Source of the DNA: a virus
Taxonomy: Duplodnaviria; Heunggongvirae; Uroviricota; Caudoviricetes
Length of the DNA stretch: 27,982 bases
Virus record (IMG/VR): IMGVR_UViG_2850808358_000003
Strand: one strand, 5' to 3'
The position numbers and the translations under genes were made by a program. The notes beneath the pieces are model-generated. The model saw nothing but the letters and a program-made list of their open reading frames with translations. It did not search any database and was not told where the DNA came from. Of this stretch, positions 21,067 through 27,982 are shown in pieces; within the stretch, counting starts at the first letter, position 1; every line of letters begins with the position of its first letter.

Positions 21067-24000
21067 ATGGCAGTAAAGATTTCAGGTGTACTGAAAGACG
21101 GCACAGGAAAACCGGTACAGAACTGCACAATCCAGCTGAAAGCAAAACGTAATAGCACCACGGTGGTGGTGAACACGCTGGCCTCAGAAAATCCGGATGA
21201 AGCCGGGCGTTACAGCATGGACGTTGAGTACGGTCAGTACAGCGTTATTCTGTTGGTGGAAGGATTCCCGCCGTCACATGCCGGGACCATCACCGTGTAT
21301 GAAGATTCCCGACCCGGTACGCTGAATGATTTTCTCGGTGCCATGACGGAGGATGATGCCCGTCCTGAGGCACTGCGCCGTTTTGAACTGATGGTGGAAG
21401 AGGTGGCGCGTAACGCGTCCGCGGTGGCACAGAACACGGCAGCCGCGAAGAAGTCAGCCAGCGATGCCAGCACATCAGCCCGTGAGGCGGCAACCCATGC
21501 GACTGATGCTGCAGGCTCAGCACGCGCAGCCAGCACGTCAGCCGGACAGGCCGCGTCGTCGGCTCAGTCAGCGTCTTCCAGCGCAGGAACGGCATCAACA
21601 AAGGCCACTGAAGCGGAAAAAAGTGCTGCCGCTGCAGAGTCCTCAAAAAGCGCGGCGGCCACCAGTGCCGCTGCGGCGAAAACGTCAGAAACGAATGCGG
21701 CAGCGTCACAACAATCAGCAGCCACTTCAGCATCCACTTCAGCATCCACCGCGACCACGAAAGCGTCAGAAGCTGCCACCTCAGCCCGGGATGCGTCGGC
21801 TTCAAAAGAGGCGGCAAAATCATCAGAAACGAGCGCAGCCTCGAGCGCCAGCAGCGCAGCTTCCTCGGCAACGGCGACAGCAAATTCTGCGAAGGCGGCA
21901 AAAACGTCCGAGACGAACGCCAGGTCTTCTGAAACGGCAGCGGGACAGAGTGCCTCAGCTGCGGCAGGCTCAAAAACAGCGGCTGCGTCGTCTGCCAGTG
22001 CAGCGTCAACAAGTGCCGGGCAGGCCTCAGCCAGTGCTAGCGCCGCCGGAAAATCGGCAGAAAGCGCCGCATCGTCCGCTTCAACAGCCACAACGAAGGC
22101 TGGCGAAGCCACTGAACAGGCCAGCGCAGCAGCGAGGTCTGCTTCCGCAGCGAAGACATCCGAGACGAACGCGAAAGCGTCGGAAACCAGCGCAGAATCC
22201 TCAAAAACGGCTGCCGCATCGTCAGCCAGTTCGGCGGCGTCATCGGCATCATCTGCGTCTGCTTCAAAAGATGAGGCGACCAGACAGGCGTCAGCAGCGA
22301 AGGGCAGCGCCACGACGGCATCCACGAAGGCGACAGAGGCAGCTGGCAGTGCGACGGCGGCAGCACAGAGCAAAAGTACGGCGGAATCCGCGGCAACGCG
22401 CGCCGAGACAGCGGCAAAACGGGCAGAGGATATTGCATCCGCCGTGGCGCTTGAGGATGCGAGCATGACGAAAAAGGGGATAGTCCAGCTCAGTAGTGCA
22501 ACCAACAGCACATCTGAAACGCTTGCCGCGACACCGAAGGCAGTTAAAGCAGCGAATGACAATGCGAATGGCAGGGTACCATCTAACCGAAAAGTTAACG
22601 GGAAAGCACTGACTGCGGATATAACATTAACACCGAAAGATATTGGCACTTTAAATTCAGTAACGATCTCTTTCTCTGGCGGGGCAGGGTGGTTCAAACT
22701 GGCAACGGTTACCATGCCACAAGCGAGTTCCATCGTTTACATCGCATTGATTGGTGGCGCTGGTTACAACGTCGGCTCCCCACAGCAGGCAGGCATTTCA
22801 GAACTGGTTCTACGAGCAGGCAATGGAAACCCCAAAGGGATTACCGGAGCTTTGTGGAAGCGTACAGCCGTCGGATTAACGAATTTCGCCTGGATCAACA
22901 CATCCGGCGATACATATGATATTTACGTTGAGATTGGCAATTATGCGACGAGTGTAAATATCCATTGGGATTGTACTACAAATGCGTCAGTTTCTATTTA
23001 TACCTCGCCAACATATTCAGCGAGTAAGCCTTCCAGCGTTACCGATGGTGTTGTTTATACGATGTATAGCTCACATCAGAAACCTACACCATCAGATATT
23101 GGAGCGCTGCCAACGACTGGAGGGACTATTTCAGGTCCGTTGTCTGTTACTGATGGGATCACCGGGGCACTGAAGGGGAACGCCGATACCGCGACGAAAC
23201 TTGCGGCAGCCCCAAAAATTAACGGTGTTAAGTTTGATGGCTCGGCGGATATTAACCTCACGCCGGAAAATATTGGTGCATTTGCCCGACGTTCGACGGG
23301 GGCTTATGCGGATTCGGATGGAGCCGTTCCCTGGAATGCCGAATCAGGCGCTTACAATGTCCCCCGCTCTGGCGACAGCTATATTCTGGTTAACTTCTAT
23401 ACCGGAGTCGGAAGTTGCCGGACCCTGCAGATGAAGGCGCATTACAGAAATCGTGGTCTGTTCTACCGTTCTTCAAGAGACGGTTATGGTTTTGAGGAAG
23501 ACTGGGCAGAAGTTTATACCTCGAAAAATCTTCCACCAGAAAGCTACCCAGTCGGCGCACCAATCCCGTGGCCATCAGATACCGTTCCGTCTGGTTATGC
23601 CCTGATGCAGGGGCAGACTTTTGACAAATCTGCATACCCGAAACTTGCAGCGGCTTATCCGTCAGGCGTGATCCCTGATATGCGTGGCTGGACGATTAAG
23701 GGCAAACCTGCCAGTGGTCGGGCCGTATTGTCTCAGGAACAGGACGGCATTAAATCGCATACCCACAGCGCCAGCGCATCCAGTACGGATTTGGGGACGA
23801 AAACCACATCGTCGTTTGATTACGGCACTAAATCCACGAATAACACTGGTGCGCATACCCATAGTTTAAGTGGCAGCACGAATGCAGCTGGTAATCACAG
23901 CCATAGAGATGGCCGTCGATTTAACCCCAGTGTTTTTAAAGATACTTATCAATATGGTTATACAAGCTCAGGTCAAAATACCTGGGGTGTACAAGGCTCA

Positions 24001-24234
24001 GCAGGTATGTCTACGGGGTGGTTAGCTAATACCAGTACAGATGGTAATCATAGCCACTCACTGTCCGGCACAGCAGCATCTGCAGGTGCACACGCGCATA
24101 CTGTCGGTATTGGTGCTCATACGCACTCCGTTGCGATTGGTTCACATGGACACACCATCACCGTTAACGCTGCTGGTAACGCGGAAAACACCGTCAAAAA
24201 CATCGCATTTAACTATATTGTGAGGCTTGCATAA
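21067..24234 (+). CDS. stf: side tail fibre protein Stf
   Basis: [26 protein letters not shown]... matches recalled lambda Stf N-terminus; C-terminal His-rich HxH motifs and ...[18 protein letters not shown] end. Confidence 0.9.
21400..22450 (+). repeat. low-complexity Ala/Ser/Thr-rich imperfect tandem repeats inside stf
   Basis: Recurring ...[14 protein letters not shown]... units; region is open in several frames on both strands. Confidence 0.7.
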
Positions 24235-24809
24235 TGGCATTCAGAATGAGTGAACAACCACGGACCATAAAAATTTATAATCTGCTGGCCGGAACTAATG
24301 AATTTATTGGTGAAGGTGATGCATATATTCCGCCTCATACAGGTCTGCCAGCAAACAGTACCGATATTGCACCGCCAGATATTCCGGCTGGCTTCGTGGC
24401 TGTTTTCAACAGTGATGAGTCATCGTGGCATCTCGTTGAAGATCATCGGGGTAAAACAGTTTATGACGTGGCGTCAGGGGACGCGTTATTTATTTCTGAA
24501 CTCGGTCCGTTACCGGAAAATGTTACCTGGTTATCGCCGGAAGGGGAGTTTCAGAAGTGGAACGGCACAGCCTGGGTGAAGGATACGGAAGCAGAAAAAC
24601 TGTTCCGGATCCGGGAGGCGGAAGAAACAAAAAACAACCTGATGCAGGTAGCCAGTGAGCATATTGCGCCGCTTCAGGATGCTGCAGATCTGGAAATTGC
24701 AACGGAGGAAGAAATCTCGTTGCTGGAAGCATGGAAAAAGTATCGGGTATTGCTGAACCGTGTTGATACGTCAACTGCACAGGATATTGAATGGCCAGCA
24801 CTGCCGTAG
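24234..24809 (+). CDS. tfa: tail fibre assembly protein Tfa
   Basis: [37 protein letters not shown]... matches lambda Tfa; start overlaps stf stop. Confidence 0.9.
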
Positions 24810-24889
24810 GGTAAAACATATAAATTCTATAATTAGATGTATCTTTCCATTTACGGCAAGGAAGGGGCTTGGAAGACGTAAAGCATCTC

Positions 24890-25365
24890 ACACCGAGATC
24901 TGTTCTTCATTTAACACAGGTGGTCGACCAAAACGTTTCCCTGCGCCGCGGGCTCTTACTATCCGGAATGAGTGCGTTCAAGTAAAAGGTCTCGTTCAAA
25001 TTCAGCGACTGCTGAAATTACTTGCATCATCATTTTTCCTGTTGGACTGGTCAGGTCAATGCCCCCAATGCTAAGCAATGCACTCTGATACCTGTTTCGG
25101 TCAGTTGTTCCACTGTTTTCCTGATATCCATTGCATTACAACCAAGGCGATCCAGTTTTGTCACAATCAATTGATCACCACATTTCAGGCGAGCAAGCAA
25201 CCGGTTAAAACCAGGACGCTCACTGGTTGCTGCTGAGCCGCTAATGTGTTCTTCGATTATTTGCTGAGGTTTGATTTTAAAACCTGCACTTTCGATTTCC
25301 CGGCGTTGATTTTCGGTGGTCTGATCCAGCGTTGATATCCGACAGTAAGCAAAAATTCGAGACAT
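24890..25365 (-). pseudogene. pin: Pin/Gin/Hin-family serine DNA invertase remnant: intact catalytic N-terminus (25051..25365), frameshifted and lacking the C-terminal HTH
   Basis: [28 protein letters not shown]... stops at 104 aa; recombinase sequence continues in other frames ([34 protein letters not shown], then RARGAGKRFGRPPVLNEEQ) and ends near 24890. Confidence 0.8.
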
Positions 25366-25681
25366 AGTGAGACTCTATACGAAATTGGTGTTCATATCAT
25401 AATGCATCTCAGACAATAATTATGATTATTTTTGTGCATATTTGTATGTACACGTTCGAAAATAAACGAATGCGTATGCAACCCCGTAATTTTGGTGAGA
25501 CCCAAAATCGATTTTGTGAAAAATGGCTTTAACTCGGTTTGTTTTTCGAGTTCCGGGCGGACTCAAGGAAGAAGAATAGTGTTGCGTGTTATTTTAACCA
25601 GATTTCAAGTTGTTTGGTCGTGGAAAAGTGGAGCAAAATGTTGTTAAAGTGGAAAAATGATAAAAAAGTAAGTTTATTATA

Positions 25682-25915
25682 TTACATTTTACCATTTAAA
25701 TTTTGGTTGTCTTTAAGAACTGATATCGCTGTTTGTAATAATTCTTTGTTATCCAGCCATGATTTTTTCTTTATGTTTCCTTCAATGTAATCAAGCAATG
25801 TTCTGGTATTGATAGGTCTTCCCTGTTTTGCTACTTCCACTACAGCATCCCCTAGGATAATTCTTACTTCAGGAAGCTGCGCAGGGAACCACTTTAGGGT
25901 GTCTTTTGATTTCAT
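25682..25915 (-). CDS. ydfK: YdfK/YnaE-like small prophage protein (cold-shock-associated), 77 aa
   Basis: MKSKDTLKWFPAQLPEVRIILGDAVVEVAKQGRPINTRTLLDYIEGNIKKK... as recalled for K-12 ydfK. Confidence 0.7.
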   Translation of the reverse strand: MKSKDTLKWFPAQLPEVRIILGDAVVEVAKQGRPINTRTLLDYIEGNIKKKSWLDNKELLQTAISVLKDNQNLNGKM

Positions 25916-26698
25916 GAAGATATTCCTTAAAATATTATTGATTTTCATTGCGATATTGTATGTCTGATTCAGGATATGTTGACTTATACATCGGTTTTGT
26001 CTGGGTTATTGGATATGCCAATCCCTAATTTTATTAGGGCATGACTAAAAATGCTGAATATGATAAGGAGAGATGTGATTATCAGTATGCTGTTCATATA
26101 GCCTCGAATTAGTAATGTGTTATATATGATATAGTTGACAATTTTTATCTTGGGTATTCTTAAAGTTCGTAGATAAACATTGTCGTTTCAGGTATACAGG
26201 AATGCTAACAGGTGGCAGCAAAAATCAGGCGGTTTATGGCGCAAGCTGAAGCGGCAACTGCAAACTATCTTATGCAGAGACTCTACACGGATTGGGTTTA
26301 AAAGTATACATAGATAAGAGTTTTTATCTGAAAAAGAAAAATATCAAGGTGATATAGCCTATATGCCTTTGATGCGGAGGAATGAATGTGATGGGAGTGA
26401 TGTATCTGAATAGTTGAAAAACCGCAGACACGCCTTATGCAGGAACGTGCTGCGGCTGGCTGATGCACTTTCGAGAGTGCATGTATTGAATTATTTCCAG
26501 CTATTATCGATTTTACGCATAAATCCATGAAAAAACTACTTATCTGTTGGGGAGTTTTTTTGGGGCATATATGGGACAGAAATAGGCCCAGATAGACACT
26601 GAGATCGAACTTAGGATGCTTTTTAAAAAATGCAACTATCTGAAAAAAACTAGAAAACGCCAAGGAAACCACAGGATGGGAAAAAATACCTGTGAATT

Positions 26699-27982
26699 AT
26701 GGATTTCCAGTTATATTCGCTCGGCGCAGCGTTAGTGTTTCATGAAATATTTTTTCCTGAATCATCAACGGCAATGGCGTTAATTCTGGCAATGGGAACC
26801 TATGGTGCAGGTTATGTGGCGCGTATTGTCGGAGCATTTATTTTCGGCAAAATGGGCGACAGAATAGGGCGTAAAAAAGTGCTCTTTATTACCATCACCA
26901 TGATGGGGATCTGTACCACCTTAATTGGAGTGTTACCGACCTATGCACAGATTGGTGTTTTTGCCCCCATCTTGCTGGTGACGCTGCGTATTATTCAGGG
27001 GTTGGGTGCAGGTGCGGAAATTTCCGGTGCCGGTACGATGCTGGCGGAATATGCGCCAAAAGGTAAGCGCGGAATTATCTCCTCATTTGTAGCTATGGGA
27101 ACTAACTGCGGAACCTTGAGCGCAACGGCAATCTGGGCCTTTATGTTCTTCATTCTCAGTAAAGAGGAACTGCTGGCGTGGGGATGGCGTATACCGTTCC
27201 TGGCGAGCGTTGTCGTGATGGTCTTTGCTATCTGGTTGCGTATGAATCTGAAAGAAAGCCCGGTCTTTGAGAAGGTTAACGACAGCAACCAACCGACAGC
27301 AAAACCTGCACCTGCTGGTAGCATGTTCCAGAGCAAATCCTTCTGGCTGGCAACAGGGCTGCGTTTTGGTCAGGCGGGTAACTCCGGGTTAATTCAGACT
27401 TTCCTTGCAGGCTATTTAGTACAGACGTTATTGTTTAACAAAGCAATTCCAACAGATGCATTGATGATCAGTTCGATTCTCGGCTTTATGACCATTCCGT
27501 TCCTTGGTTGGTTATCCGATAAAATTGGTCGCCGGATCCCGTATATTATTATGAATACCTCTGCGATTGTGCTGGCATGGCCAATGCTTTCTATCATCGT
27601 AGATAAAAGCTATGCCCCGAGCACCATTATGGTTGCACTGATTGTGATTCATAACTGTGCGGTGCTGGGATTATTTGCTCTGGAAAATATTACCATGGCA
27701 GAAATGTTCGGCTGTAAAAACAGCTTTACCCGGATGGCTATTTCTAAAGAAATTGGTGGTCTTATCGCTTCCGGTTTTGGTCCTATCCTTGCGGGTATTT
27801 TCTGCACCATGACGGAATCCTGGTATCCGATCGCCATTATGATCATGGCATATTCAGTGATTGGTTTAATCTCTGCGCTGAAAATGCCAGAAGTGAAAGA
27901 CCGTGATTTAAGTGCGCTGGAAGACGCTGCGGAAGAACAACCGCGTGTTGTAAGAGCTGCGCAACCTTCCAGAAGTCTGTAA
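26699..27982 (+). CDS. ydfJ: MFS transporter YdfJ-like, apparently 5'-truncated host gene at the prophage junction
   Basis: 427-aa ORF with MFS motifs (GKMGDRIGRKK, multiple TM segments); begins mid-TM1 relative to ProP-like transporters; in-frame stop 2 codons upstream of ATG. Confidence 0.8.
   Translation: MDFQLYSLGAALVFHEIFFPESSTAMALILAMGTYGAGYVARIVGAFIFGKMGDRIGRKKVLFITITMMGICTTLIGVLPTYAQIGVFAPILLVTLRIIQGLGAGAEISGAGTMLAEYAPKGKRGIISSFVAMGTNCGTLSATAIWAFMFFILSKEELLAWGWRIPFLASVVVMVFAIWLRMNLKESPVFEKVNDSNQPTAKPAPAGSMFQSKSFWLATGLRFGQAGNSGLIQTFLAGYLVQTLLFNKAIPTDALMISSILGFMTIPFLGWLSDKIGRRIPYIIMNTSAIVLAWPMLSIIVDKSYAPSTIMVALIVIHNCAVLGLFALENITMAEMFGCKNSFTRMAISKEIGGLIASGFGPILAGIFCTMTESWYPIAIMIMAYSVIGLISALKMPEVKDRDLSALEDAAEEQPRVVRAAQPSRSL

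Noticed and set aside
21290-22733. Long overlapping ORFs (240, 334 and 389 aa) on both strands within stf
   Set aside because: They fall exactly on the Ala/Ser-rich repeat shaft of Stf, where codon composition removes stops in several frames; translations are Pro/Arg/Ala low-complexity strings.
24841-24867. Imperfect palindrome as a definite invertase crossover (gix/pix) site
   Set aside because: Resemblance to recalled gix/hix sites is partial and I cannot verify it without alignment; kept only as a low-weight note under the pin finding.
26298-26672. 124-aa minus-strand ORF in the AT-rich region before ydfJ
   Set aside because: Low-complexity translation (runs of F, S, H), no RBS-like context, lies in a probable regulatory or att region; not callable as a gene without expression data.

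Overview
This window is a heavily decayed lambdoid (lambda/Qin-like) cryptic prophage with three IS copies, ending in the host MFS transporter gene ydfJ. I did not find a convincing novel multi-gene system. Layout, left to right: (1) a vgrG-like 5' fragment cut by an IS3-family (IS600-like) element at 289..1544; (2) a minus-strand block at 1545..6389 carrying an AT-rich hypothetical ORF, tRNA-Arg(UCU), a tRNA-Ile2-like (CAU), a pR'-like promoter, a Q-like antiterminator candidate, frameshifted rusA, a DUF968/ydfU-like gene, rem, hokD, relE and relB; (3) a second, truncated IS600-like copy in inverted orientation (6390..7211) fused directly to a 5'-truncated lambda portal gene B; (4) a near-lambda morphogenesis module on the plus strand: C/Nu3, D, E, FI, FII, Z, U, V, G/T, an H'-'I deletion fusion, J interrupted by IS4 with a perfect 13-bp target duplication, lom, stf, tfa; (5) a decayed pin invertase, a ydfK-like gene, and the prophage/host junction inside ydfJ near 26700. 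No CRISPR array or rRNA is present. The most open questions are the uncharacterised ORF downstream of the phage tRNAs, the ORF92/DUF968 pair, the IS-bracketed inversion, and the many inactivating indels. All protein identifications come from my recall of lambda and E. coli K-12 proteins applied to the supplied ORF translations; no database search or alignment was run, and gene names imply family and position, not verified identity.
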